Shown: in pieces, positions 1 through 9,686 of the stretch
Layout of the letters: the number at the start of each line of letters is the position of its first letter
Position numbering within the stretch: the first letter of the stretch is position 1
Sequence record: SRR2962707_1682
Length of the DNA: 45,040 nt
Direction: 5' to 3' (one strand)
Position numbers and translations under genes: made by a program
Notes under the pieces: model-generated
Told to the model about the DNA's origin: nothing
The model's input: only the letters and a program-made list of their open reading frames with translations
Database searches by the model: none

Positions 1-1461
1 CGTCAGCGCCACCACGACCGACAGCGTCATGGCGCTGATGATGGTCACAGCAAACTGTTTATAAATCACGCCGGTCGATCCGGGAAAGAACACCATCGGC
101 ACAAAAACAACTGAAAGGACGACTGCGATGCCGATCAGCGCGCCGGTGATCTGATCCATCGACTTTCGCGTCGCCTCAAGCGGGCCAAGCCCCTCTTGCT
201 CCATGATGCGTTCGACGTTTTCGACCACGACAATTGCGTCGTCGACCAGCAGACCGATGGCCAGAACCATGGCCAACATGGTGAGTGTGTTGATCGAAAA
301 TCCGGCTGCCGCCAGCACCCCGAAGGTGCCCAGCAAAACGACCGGAACGGCCAATGTCGGGATGAGCGTCGCACGGAAATTCTGTAAAAACAGATACATA
401 ACCAGGAAGACGAGAACGATCGCCTCGACCAGCGTTTTGACAACTTCCTCGATCGAAATGGTGACAAAGGGCGTGGTATCGAAGGGAATCACATAGTCGA
501 TCCCGTCGGGAAAGATCGCAGAGAATTCGCTGATCCGCGACTTGACCGCATCGGCGGTGTCCAGCGCGTTGGCGCCGGGCGCAAGGCTGATGGCCATGCC
601 CGAGGCCGGCGCGCCGTTAAAGCGCGAGATGGTGCTGTAGTTCTCTGCCCCGATCTCAACCCTGGCGACATCGTTCAGCAGGACAAGCCCGCCGTCGGTT
701 TCGGCCCGAAGCACGATTTGGCGGAAATCTTCTGGGGTGCGCAGTAGCGATTGCGCGGTGATCGTCGCGTTCAGCTGCTGGCCTTCTACCGCAGGTCGTG
801 AGCCAAAGGACCCGGCCGAAATCTGGGCGTTTTCTGCCGAAACGGCCACCACAACATCCGAGGGCGACAGTTCGAAAGCGGCGAGTTTCGACGGATCCAG
901 CCAGATTCGCATGGCATACTGCGCGCCGAATACCTGCACATTGCCCACACCTTCGACGCGGCTAATTTCGTTCACCATGTTTGAGACGAGGTAGTCTGAA
1001 AGGTCCGTGGCGTCGTATGTGCCGTCCTCGGAAATCAGGCCAACAACCATAAGGAACCCGGCCGATGATTTGCGCACCGTCACACCCTGCCGTGTCACAG
1101 GTTCGGGCAGCAGAGCGCTGGCCTGGGCCAGTTTATTCTGTACCTGTACCTGCGCGATGTCGGGGTCTGTTCCCGTCTCGAAGGTCAGGGTGATCGTCGC
1201 GCCCCCTGAAGATGTTGAACTGGACGAGATATAGCGTAGCCCGTCGAGGCCGGTCATTTGCTGTTCGATCACCTGAGTGACGGTGTTCGCAACGGTTTCA
1301 GCCGAGGCGCCTGGATAGGTGGCGCTGACAGATACCGTTGGCGGGGCGATCTGGGGATACTGCGCAATGGGCAGGGTCAGAATCGACAGAACGCCGATCC
1401 CCATGATGAAGATCGAAAGAACCCAGGCAAAGATCGGGCGGTCGATAAAAAAGCGGGCCAT
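1..1461 (-). CDS. acrB: RND efflux permease, AcrB/MexB family (N-terminal part; continues beyond the window start)
   Basis: Manual translation from ATG at 1461 gives [41 protein letters not shown]; the frame also contains the [18 protein letters not shown] motif; lies directly downstream of the MFP gene. Not in the ORF track because it is truncated. Confidence 0.95.
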   Translation of the reverse strand, partial: MARFFIDRPIFAWVLSIFIMGIGVLSILTLPIAQYPQIAPPTVSVSATYPGASAETVANTVTQVIEQQMTGLDGLRYISSSSTSSGGATITLTFETGTDPDIAQVQVQNKLAQASALLPEPVTRQGVTVRKSSAGFLMVVGLISEDGTYDATDLSDYLVSNMVNEISRVEGVGNVQVFGAQYAMRIWLDPSKLAAFELSPSDVVVAVSAENAQISAGSFGSRPAVEGQQLNATITAQSLLRTPEDFRQIVLRAETDGGLVLLNDVARVEIGAENYSTISRFNGAPASGMAISLAPGANALDTADAVKSRISEFSAIFPDGIDYVIPFDTTPFVTISIEEVVKTLVEAIVLVFLVMYLFLQNFRATLIPTLAVPVVLLGTFGVLAAAGFSINTLTMLAMVLAIGLLVDDAIVVVENVERIMEQEGLGPLEATRKSMDQITGALIGIAVVLSVVFVPMVFFPGSTGVIYKQFAVTIISAMTLSVVVALT

Positions 1462-1498
1462 TGGAGGTGCTCCGGATCAGGTCTGGGTCAGTGCGGGT

Positions 1499-2668
1499 TT
1501 ATTCGGTCGCGGCGGCAGCGGCAGGCGCAGTATCGCCCTGTGCTGGTTGGGCGCGCTCTTCGGGTGCAACCGTCGCGCCCGGCTGAATCTTTTGCAGGCC
1601 TTCGACAATCACTTTATCGCCCGCCTTTAGGCCGTCGGTCACAATCCAGTTGGGCCCGATGTCCTGCGCAATGGTTAGGGACACCTGTTCAACCGCGTTG
1701 TCGGAATTCACGATCATTGCGGTGGGTTGCCCGCGGCGGTCACGGCTCACGCCTTCTTGGGGGACACGAAAAGCGCCGTTGATTGGGCGGGTCGGCATTT
1801 CCACCTGAACATACATTCCCGGCAGCAATAGCTTTTCGGGATTGGCAAAGCCCATCCGCAGGACAACGACGCCGGTTTGTTCGTCCACATCCGGCTCTGC
1901 GGCGGTTAGGCTGCCGGTTTCCGAAAAGACGCTGCCATCAGCCAGAGTAAGAGAGACTTCGCGCACTGCATCGCCCAGCCCCTCGACACCGTTACCGCGG
2001 CGCCACTGCAGCACTTCTGCGGCGGACTGGGTGACGTCGACATAAATAGGGTCGATATTTCGGATCACGGCCAGCGGATCGGACTGGCTCGCTGTGACCA
2101 GCGCGCCCTGACTCGTCAGTGAACGGCCAATTTCGCCCGAAAGGCGGGCGCGGATGTTGGTGCGGTCCAGTTCGATTTCGGCGGACTGAAACTGAGCCTG
2201 AGCCACCTGAAGGCTGGCGGCTGCAGATTCCCGGGTCGCAAGGGCCGAATCATAGGATTGATCCGAGGCAACGTTGCGCTGGCGCAACTCTTCGAACCGG
2301 GTCAGTTCCTTATCCGCCGCTGACAGCTGCGCCTGTGCAAGGGTAACCTGCGCCCGCGCTTGTGAAAGGTTCGCCTCGTAGGTTGCGGGGTCAATGGTGA
2401 ACAACACATCGCCGGCCGCGACCGTGCCGCCCTCTTTGAAAAGGCGTTCGGTGATGATGCCGGCAACCTGGGGGCGCACCTCTGCTGCGGCTGATGCCAC
2501 GACGCGCCCCGGCAGGGTGGATGTCAGCGTGATGTTTTCGGGTTGAACCGTTACCACGGTGACTGCTGTGGGCGGACGTTCTTGGCCCTGGGCCAGTGCG
2601 GGCCCCGACAGCGCGGTCATCAACAGGACCCCGAGGGTCGCAGACGTCAGGAAACGGTTCGGGATCAT
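1499..2668 (-). CDS. acrA: RND efflux periplasmic adaptor (membrane fusion protein)
   Basis: LPGRVVASAAAEVRPQVAGII and LLPGMYV motifs; ATG 2668 preceded by a GAGGA RBS. Confidence 0.93.
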   Translation of the reverse strand: MIPNRFLTSATLGVLLMTALSGPALAQGQERPPTAVTVVTVQPENITLTSTLPGRVVASAAAEVRPQVAGIITERLFKEGGTVAAGDVLFTIDPATYEANLSQARAQVTLAQAQLSAADKELTRFEELRQRNVASDQSYDSALATRESAAASLQVAQAQFQSAEIELDRTNIRARLSGEIGRSLTSQGALVTASQSDPLAVIRNIDPIYVDVTQSAAEVLQWRRGNGVEGLGDAVREVSLTLADGSVFSETGSLTAAEPDVDEQTGVVVLRMGFANPEKLLLPGMYVQVEMPTRPINGAFRVPQEGVSRDRRGQPTAMIVNSDNAVEQVSLTIAQDIGPNWIVTDGLKAGDKVIVEGLQKIQPGATVAPEERAQPAQGDTAPAAAAATE

Positions 2669-2737
2669 CGGAATTCCTCGCTCGGGCGACAAAATGCGCG
2701 GGTTGCGCCGTTAGCGCATTAGAATAACATCTACCGC

Positions 2738-2755
2738 CGTAAACACAGCGTAAAC
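2738..2755. promoter_or_regulatory. CGTAAAC direct repeat (11-bp period), OmpR/CpxR-like operator candidate upstream of acrA
   Basis: CGTAAAC at 2738-2744 and at 2749-2755. Confidence 0.4.
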
Positions 2756-2893
2756 GCTGCATTGCAGCAAGCGGGAATTGAAGCAAGTCACATTCAGCTG
2801 ATGCACAGGGGTTGTTATCTGACGCACCGTTGGCGGGCGAATTGCCAAGCCCGCGCGCCCGGGCTACTCAGGCCCTTGCAGGAGGTGCGCGGT

Positions 2894-3532
2894 ATGGCAG
2901 ATAAGACAAGCGGCTGGCGCGGGTCCGAGGATCTCTGGCTCGAAGCGGCATATCAGCTGCTCATTGAGCAGGGCGTCGAGGCGGTCAAGGTGATGCCACT
3001 GGCCAAACGTGTTGGCCTGTCTCGTACCAGTTTCTATGGTCACTTCGAAAGCCGAGAGGCGCTGCTGGATGCGCTGATCGCCCGATGGCACGCCAAGAAT
3101 ACCGGCAATATGATCGCTCGGACCGACGCCTTTGCCGAAACGATCGCAGAGGCGGTGCTGAACCTGTTCGATTGCTGGTTGCGGTCCGATGTGTTTGATG
3201 ACCAGCTTGATTTTGCAATCCGTAACTGGGCCTTGGGTGACCCGTCCTTGCGCGCGGTTCTTGAAACAACTGATCAAGATCGGATTGCGGCGATCCGCGC
3301 GATGTTTCTGCGGTTCGGGTTCGATGCGGCAGACGCGCAGGTGCGCGCCTTTACGGTCTATTACACGCAGATCGGCTATGTCTCGATGATGGTGGTCGAG
3401 CCGCCCGAGGTGCGTCTGCCACGAATGCCGTTCTATGTTCAAACTTTCACCGGGACCGAGGCGAGCAAGAGTGAACTGGCGCGCTTTGCATCGCGCCATG
3501 GGATGACGCTGGCGGATATGCGGGCAGGATAG
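2894..3532 (+). CDS. TetR-family regulator, probably HpbR-like (betaine catabolism)
   Basis: N-terminal HTH (VKVMPLAKRVGLSRTSFYGHF); GGAGG RBS before ATG 2894; adjacent to the stcD/Rieske cluster. Confidence 0.88.
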   Translation: MADKTSGWRGSEDLWLEAAYQLLIEQGVEAVKVMPLAKRVGLSRTSFYGHFESREALLDALIARWHAKNTGNMIARTDAFAETIAEAVLNLFDCWLRSDVFDDQLDFAIRNWALGDPSLRAVLETTDQDRIAAIRAMFLRFGFDAADAQVRAFTVYYTQIGYVSMMVVEPPEVRLPRMPFYVQTFTGTEASKSELARFASRHGMTLADMRAG

Positions 3533-3709
3533 GGTCGGCAGAAAACGGGCCGGTCCCAAGTCCACGCCGCCGACCAATTGCCTGTCAGCCCCGCAGGGCT
3601 GCCGATTGGGTCGCGCCAGCGCCTAGATCGGAGCGAACAATTGCGCGGCTGATTTAAGGTGACATGCTCGGTTGCAACGCATGCCACGCGACGGGCGCTA
3701 CACGGGTTT

Positions 3710-4783
3710 CTAAACCTCGACCTCCAGCCGCCCAATTGGTTGGGAACAGCAGGCAAGGATATAGCCCTCCGCGATATCATCCTCTGAAATGCCACCGTTG
3801 TGCACCATGTGCGCCTCTCCCGAGATCTTCTTGACCTTGCACGTCCCGCAGACGCCGAAGGTGCAGCCCGAGGGGATGTTCAGCCCCGACGCCTTGGCGA
3901 CGGCCAGCACGGTGTCTGTTTCGTGACAAGGTACGGTTTTGCCCGAGCGCGAGAAGACCAGTTCTGCCGCGGCATTTTCTTGCGGGACCACGTCGTCGAA
4001 TTCGGTCATTTCGGCCGTGGTTGTGGTGGGCGCGGCAAAACTTTCCTGGTGGTAGCGCGTCATGTCATAGCCAAGGCTGTTGAGCATGTCGCGCACCGAA
4101 TCCATAAAGGATTCCGGCCCGCAGCAATAAACTTCGCGGTCCAGATAGTCCGGTGCCATAAGGCTCAGCATCAGTTGATTGAAATGACCGCGATAGCCAG
4201 TCCAAGCATCGTAGGGATCATCTTCCCTGACCACAAAGTTCAGTTTGATACCCTGAACCCGGCTGGCCATATGTTCGAGCTTGCGGCGGAAGATCAATTC
4301 ACTGGGTCGTCGCGCGCAGGAAATGAAGGCGATGTCAGGGTCTTCGCCGCGTTCCCACAGAAATGCCGCCATCGACATCATCGGTGTGACCCCGGACCCC
4401 GCCGAGATGAACAGATATTTGTCGTCCGGTTGCGGCGGCAGATGAAACAGCCCCGCTGGCCCATAAGCCTTGATCCGCATTCCCGGCTTCAGGTGATCCA
4501 GCATCCAGCGGGTTGCCACGCTGCCCTTTTGGGCCTTGACCGTCACGGTAATATAGGCGGTCGCGGCCGGGTTGGACGAGATTGTATAGGTCCGCTGTAC
4601 GTTGCCCCCTGGCACCGGCAGATCCAGCGTAACGAATTGCCCGGCCTTATAGATGAACCGCGCGCCGGATGGCGGGCGAAGCACAAAGCTAACCACATCG
4701 GGCGCTTCGGGGATGGTCTGGACGCACTCCAGCAGTTCGGAATCCTGCCAGATCGGCGAATCCTCTCGCGGCATCGGGATCAT
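3710..4783 (-). CDS. hpbC: FAD/NAD-binding [2Fe-2S] reductase subunit of a Rieske demethylase (HpbC/Stc4/GbcB-like)
   Basis: RTYTISS, SAGSGVTP and CCGP motifs; C-terminal CTFGVCGTC...ILACCS ferredoxin domain. Confidence 0.88.
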   Translation of the reverse strand: MIPMPREDSPIWQDSELLECVQTIPEAPDVVSFVLRPPSGARFIYKAGQFVTLDLPVPGGNVQRTYTISSNPAATAYITVTVKAQKGSVATRWMLDHLKPGMRIKAYGPAGLFHLPPQPDDKYLFISAGSGVTPMMSMAAFLWERGEDPDIAFISCARRPSELIFRRKLEHMASRVQGIKLNFVVREDDPYDAWTGYRGHFNQLMLSLMAPDYLDREVYCCGPESFMDSVRDMLNSLGYDMTRYHQESFAAPTTTTAEMTEFDDVVPQENAAAELVFSRSGKTVPCHETDTVLAVAKASGLNIPSGCTFGVCGTCKVKKISGEAHMVHNGGISEDDIAEGYILACCSQPIGRLEVEV

Positions 4784-4787
4784 GCGA

Positions 4788-6032
4788 TCACTCCGCAGCG
4801 TAGAGGGCGCGCTTGCCCCGACCGGTCAAACGCCCCTGCAGTGTCCGGGCGTACCAGTCGACAAACTGTATCACGCCGCTTTCCTGAACTGCGGAATAGG
4901 GGCCGGGGACATAGGCAGGTGAACGGATGCCGCGTTGGTTTTCCTCGACGATGGCGCGGTCTTCGGAATTTGTGGCGACCCAGACTTCGGTCAGGCGCTG
5001 AAGGTCGTAATCCACACCTTCGACCGCGTCTTTGTTGACTAGCCAGATTGTCGTCACCTCTGTTTCTGTCGCAGATATGGGCGTGACGCGGAACACCAGC
5101 CCCTGATCGGACAGGAAATGGTTCCAGTTGTTCGGATAGTGGAACAATAGGCAGCTTCCTGCATCGTCAAATGGGATGTTTCCGACCCGTTTGGCCACTG
5201 CAGGTTTGCCATCCATCGTATAGCTGGAAGCGTCGCCGAGGAACGGAATGCGGATAAAACGCCACTGTTCATCTGGTGCCATGACGAATTTTGACGGTAG
5301 CCCGGCCTTTTCACATTTTGCGATGTGATTTTCGAGAACAGCTGATCCAGTGCCATCCACACCGCCGAACAGGTTTGGATCTTCGGGATACGTGCGGCAA
5401 AGCGATGGGTGGGAACCGGCGCAGTGATAACACTCGCGGTTGTTCTCCATCACGAGCTTCCAGTTGCCATTCTCGACGATTGTGCTCTCAAAGGCGACCT
5501 TGCAATCCTTGAGCGCATGCGGGCCGACGTATTTTTCGGCCTGCGCTCGCATCGGGGCGAAATCGGGGGCCTCTTCGGCCAGGCAGATCATGATGAGGCC
5601 GGCAACCTCTTCGCAGTGCACGGGTTTCAGGCCAAAGTCGGCGGGCTTGAAATCTGTGCCCATCTCGCGCGCATAAAGCAGCCGACCGTCCAGTTCGTAA
5701 GTCCACTGGTGATAGGGGCAGGTCAGTTTCGGGCTATTTCCCTTTGCGGCGGAACAGATGCGGCTGCCCCGGTGGCGGCACGCGTTGTGGAAGGACCGTG
5801 CCACCCCATCGGCACCGCGCACGACAATGATTGAATAATCGCCGATCTGGCGGGTGACATAACTGCCGGTCTTGGGCAGTTCGGCGCTGACCGCAGTCAT
5901 CAGCCAGTCTTTGTACCAGATATGGCGCAGGTCGGCATCATAAAGGCCCGGATCCTGATAAAAGGGCTGTTCCAGCGAATAGCCCGGCTGGCGGGACAGG
6001 AGGAGTGAGAGAACGTCGGCGTCTCTGAGCAT
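4788..6032 (-). CDS. hpbB: Rieske non-heme iron oxygenase alpha subunit (HpbB/Stc2/GbcA-like betaine demethylase)
   Basis: NACRHRG...CPYHQW Rieske motif; ENNRECYHC...H mononuclear iron site; PGPYS motif. Confidence 0.88.
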   Translation of the reverse strand: MLRDADVLSLLLSRQPGYSLEQPFYQDPGLYDADLRHIWYKDWLMTAVSAELPKTGSYVTRQIGDYSIIVVRGADGVARSFHNACRHRGSRICSAAKGNSPKLTCPYHQWTYELDGRLLYAREMGTDFKPADFGLKPVHCEEVAGLIMICLAEEAPDFAPMRAQAEKYVGPHALKDCKVAFESTIVENGNWKLVMENNRECYHCAGSHPSLCRTYPEDPNLFGGVDGTGSAVLENHIAKCEKAGLPSKFVMAPDEQWRFIRIPFLGDASSYTMDGKPAVAKRVGNIPFDDAGSCLLFHYPNNWNHFLSDQGLVFRVTPISATETEVTTIWLVNKDAVEGVDYDLQRLTEVWVATNSEDRAIVEENQRGIRSPAYVPGPYSAVQESGVIQFVDWYARTLQGRLTGRGKRALYAAE

Positions 6033-6256
6033 GGCGAGGGTCCTGCGTTTGCGGGGAATCGGGAAGGCTAGCTTTGATCTTTGCTGCATTTGCGAAGGAC
6101 CGGTTGGTTCATTTGCGGTATTTCATATGTCGGAATAGACATCGTGTGTTTTGACCGGACGTCTTCGGTCGCACAACAACCCGGAATCCAGCCCACGGCC
6201 CAGGGGCGAGCGCTGGTGTAAGGGCCAGCCCCCGCCCAATCGGGTTTGCGCCGGGG

Positions 6257-8290
6257 CTAGACTTCCTTCATCAGCCGCAAGGCATCATAGATCGCCGCAT
6301 GGGTATTGCGTGCCGATACTGCGTCGCCGATCCGGAAAATCTGAAAGGTGCCGTTGGGGTTGCGCACTGTTGCCTGCGGGCGGCCTGCGATCAGCGCGTC
6401 CTGATCGACGGCGCCCAGGTTGCGTGAAAGTGGCCTCAGGTCGAAATAAAGTTCGTCCAGGGGCAGGGTGCCGTGGTTCACTACGACCTGATCGAAATGC
6501 CGTTCTTCGCGGTGTGATGAATAGTCCGTGCCGATTACCGCGCGCAGGCGATTGCCATCTTTTTCAACGGCCATTAGGCGGTAGGTCACGGTAAACCGCA
6601 AATCCTTATCCTGCAGGCTGCGCATATAAGGTACGAGGTTCATTGCCATCACATCCGGGGCAAAGCTGCGGTCGGGCGTCATGATTTCCACATGGCTGCC
6701 GGTCTTTGCGATGATCTCGGCGGCCTGAAGGGCGGCATGATCGCCGGCGTCATCATACATCAGCACCGACTGGCCCGGCTTAACATCGCCCGAGATGATG
6801 TCCCAAGTGGAGGCGACCAGATCCTTGCCGGTCTCAAGCACATCGGTATTCGGCAGGCCGCCGGTTGCGACGATGACCACATCGGGGTTCAGCGCGGTCA
6901 CATCCGACGCCTCGGCATAGGTATTGAAGTGAAAGGTCACGTCGCGGGCGGCGCATTGCGCCATGCGCCAGTCAATGATGCCGATCATCTCTTTACGCCT
7001 GACGCTTTGTGCGGTCAGGCGGATCTGTCCGCCGGGATCACCTGCGGCCTCAAACACCGTCACGTCGTGACCACGCTCTGCTGCGACGCGGGCCGCCTCG
7101 AGCCCGGCAGGGCCGGCGCCGACGATGACGATCTTGCGGCGTACCGTGGCGGCGGGAATGTCATGGGGCATGGTCAGTTCGCGCCCTGTGGCGGCGTTGT
7201 GGATGCACAGCGCATCACCGGCCTGATAAATGCGGTCCAGACAATAGGTTGCGCCGACGCAGGGGCGAATGTCCTGTTCGCGGCCTTCCATAATCTTTTG
7301 CACGACCTGCGGGTCCGCCATGTGCGCGCGTGTCATGCCGACCATGTCGAGCTGGCCTGACGCGATGGCGTGGCGCGCCGTGGCCACATCGGGAATGCGC
7401 GCAGCATGAAAGGTGGGCAGGCCGACCTCGGCCCGGATGCGGCCGGCGAAATTCATGTGCGGTGCGGATTTCATACCCTGAATGGGAATCACATCGGTCA
7501 TCGCGGGATCTGTGTGAATCTGCCCGCGAATAATGTTCAGGAAATCCACTCCCGCATCTTTGAACATATGACCGATGGCGATGCCTTCCTCGGCGTCGAT
7601 GCCGCCCGGGGCCGTGTCATCCGCGCTGTAGCGCATACCCAGCAGGAACCCTGTGCCGACACGCTTGCGGCATGCGCGATACACCTCGAGGGCGAAGCGG
7701 GCGCGGTTTTCCAGTGACCCGCCCCAAGGGGCGTCCAGCGCGTTGGTCAGCGGCGACATGAACTGATCCATCAGATGGCCGTAGCATTCGAATTCGACCC
7801 CATCGAGGCCGGCAGCCTGCATCCGTTCCGCCGCATCGGCGTAGTCTTGAATGATGCGGTCGATTTCCCAATCCTCGATCACCTTGGGAAAGGCGCGGTG
7901 GGCCGGTTCGCGGAATGGACCGGGTGAAACGACGGGCAGCCAGTCCCCCTTGTTCCACTGGGTGCGGCGTCCAAGGTGGGTCAGCTGGATCATCACGGCG
8001 CAACCATGGCTGTGGCATTCGTCTGTCAGTGCCTTCATCCACGGCACGACTTCGTCCCTGTAGGCCAGCACGTTATTGAACACTGGGGGCGAGCTGCGCG
8101 ATACTGCGGCCGAACCGGCAGTCATGGTCAGGGCGACACCGGCCTTGGCGCGGGCTGCGTGATAGACGCGGTAGCGGTCCTTGGGCATGCCGTCTTCGGG
8201 ATAGGCCGGTTCATGGCTGGTGGTCATAATCCGGTTTTTCAGGGTCAGGTGACCCAATTGATAGGGCTGAAGAAGTGGGTCACTGGACAT
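6257..8290 (-). CDS. stcD: NADH:flavin oxidoreductase, N-methylproline demethylase StcD/HpbA-like
   Basis: N-terminus DPLLQPYQLGHLTLKNRIMTTSHEPAYPEDGMPK is typical of StcD; OYE domain, RPCVGATYC...CIHN Fe-S motif and GAGPAGLE FAD motif. Confidence 0.87.
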   Translation of the reverse strand: MSSDPLLQPYQLGHLTLKNRIMTTSHEPAYPEDGMPKDRYRVYHAARAKAGVALTMTAGSAAVSRSSPPVFNNVLAYRDEVVPWMKALTDECHSHGCAVMIQLTHLGRRTQWNKGDWLPVVSPGPFREPAHRAFPKVIEDWEIDRIIQDYADAAERMQAAGLDGVEFECYGHLMDQFMSPLTNALDAPWGGSLENRARFALEVYRACRKRVGTGFLLGMRYSADDTAPGGIDAEEGIAIGHMFKDAGVDFLNIIRGQIHTDPAMTDVIPIQGMKSAPHMNFAGRIRAEVGLPTFHAARIPDVATARHAIASGQLDMVGMTRAHMADPQVVQKIMEGREQDIRPCVGATYCLDRIYQAGDALCIHNAATGRELTMPHDIPAATVRRKIVIVGAGPAGLEAARVAAERGHDVTVFEAAGDPGGQIRLTAQSVRRKEMIGIIDWRMAQCAARDVTFHFNTYAEASDVTALNPDVVIVATGGLPNTDVLETGKDLVASTWDIISGDVKPGQSVLMYDDAGDHAALQAAEIIAKTGSHVEIMTPDRSFAPDVMAMNLVPYMRSLQDKDLRFTVTYRLMAVEKDGNRLRAVIGTDYSSHREERHFDQVVVNHGTLPLDELYFDLRPLSRNLGAVDQDALIAGRPQATVRNPNGTFQIFRIGDAVSARNTHAAIYDALRLMKEV

Positions 8291-8397
8291 GGCGCGGCTC
8301 CGCTGGCTGGTGGGCATGATACCAGCCTGCCCCCGAACCTAGACGAGAGTCCAATCCGAAAGCGTCATAGGTGTCGATTTTTACGACGTATGTGTTT

Positions 8398-9339
8398 TCA
8401 GTCCTGACTGTGGCGCGTTTGGAGCAGTGGAAGTACCCCCGGAAGCACCGCAGCCACAAATACCAGCCCAAAGGCAATACTTGCTGCCAGACCGTCCGAC
8501 GCGGATGCGCCTGCGACCGGAAACAGGGCGGCGGCGGCACCTTCGCGCAACCCCCATCCTGAAATGGAAATGGGGATCAGCATCGTCAGGAGGATAAGTG
8601 GAACAACCCCCAGCACTGCGGCCAACGGCAGGTGGCTTCCCGTCGCCAGGGCGCAAAACGCAAAGGCCGACAGGGTGCAGGCCGTCGTTCCCAAACCCAA
8701 GATCAGCTGCCAGCCAATTACACCCGGCCTTAGAAGCGACACCTGAAGCGCATCCCAAAGGTTGTCGAGCGCACGGCGCTGCGGCCCGGGCAGCAGACCA
8801 CCCAACCAAAAACCCACCGGCGCGGCGACACCAACTAGGATCAGCGGCATCATGATGGAGCGGACCCACACCGGCCAATACAACCCTCCCGGAGTGAGGT
8901 TTGTCACACCAAACGTCACAGCCATGACGGAAAACACCACCACCTGGCCTGACAGCCTTTCGAACACCACGCCTTGTGAAGCACGTAAAAGCCCCGCCTG
9001 ATGCCGTGCCCTAACGGCACGACCGGCATCGCCGACCATTCCGCCGGGAAGCGATTGATTGACGAACTGAGCAAGGTAATATTCGCGGATTGCCTGCCCC
9101 AAGGTGAACTTCTGGCCCAATGCCTTTGCGGTGATCTTCCAGCGCAGAGCGGACAGAACCGTCTGCAGCGTCATCATTAGAAAAGCCAGTGCCAGCCAGC
9201 CCGGATTGGCCCCGGCCAGACTGGTTAGCGCATCGCCGCCGCCTACGGCATGCCACAGGATCGCAAGCATCGCGAAGCTGACCAACGCCTGCAATATCCT
9301 CAGGCTGAGCTTGCCCGGACGCGGGAATTTCAGGTTCAT
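8398..9339 (-). CDS. Lysylphosphatidylglycerol synthase TM-domain / flippase-like membrane protein
   Basis: Multi-TM; LPGGMVGDAGRA and LIPISISGWGLRE motifs; start codon uncertain. Confidence 0.8.
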   Translation of the reverse strand: MNLKFPRPGKLSLRILQALVSFAMLAILWHAVGGGDALTSLAGANPGWLALAFLMMTLQTVLSALRWKITAKALGQKFTLGQAIREYYLAQFVNQSLPGGMVGDAGRAVRARHQAGLLRASQGVVFERLSGQVVVFSVMAVTFGVTNLTPGGLYWPVWVRSIMMPLILVGVAAPVGFWLGGLLPGPQRRALDNLWDALQVSLLRPGVIGWQLILGLGTTACTLSAFAFCALATGSHLPLAAVLGVVPLILLTMLIPISISGWGLREGAAAALFPVAGASASDGLAASIAFGLVFVAAVLPGVLPLLQTRHSQD

Positions 9340-9686
9340 GCCGGGCTCCGGCGAGCGGTGCAACCGGTTGTGGTTGCCGTTTCGCGGCCTTGTTCAGTCA
9401 TTTCCAGAGCCTGCATTGTGGTATCTGGTATCGCAAAACCACAGCCGGGGATCGCCCGCAAGCAGCCGGTACATTGCACGCGCAGCAATCAGGCAAAAAG
9501 TTCCTCCAAAGACAGGTGATATTTTTAGCGATTTCAGACTGATGGCGGAAAACCGCCCAGCCGGCACTGCTGAATTGGCGCGACTCGTAAGAAAATGAAT
9601 AATGGCCATTGCGGCGACGCAACGAAGCGGCAAATGGAGCGTTATCGTTATAATAGACTTGTACTTCGGCTTTACGAAAGTTCATC

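Noticed and set aside
3800-5038. 412-aa plus-strand ORF
   Set aside because: Antisense shadow of the hpbC/hpbB genes with no recognisable motifs; typical of GC-rich DNA.
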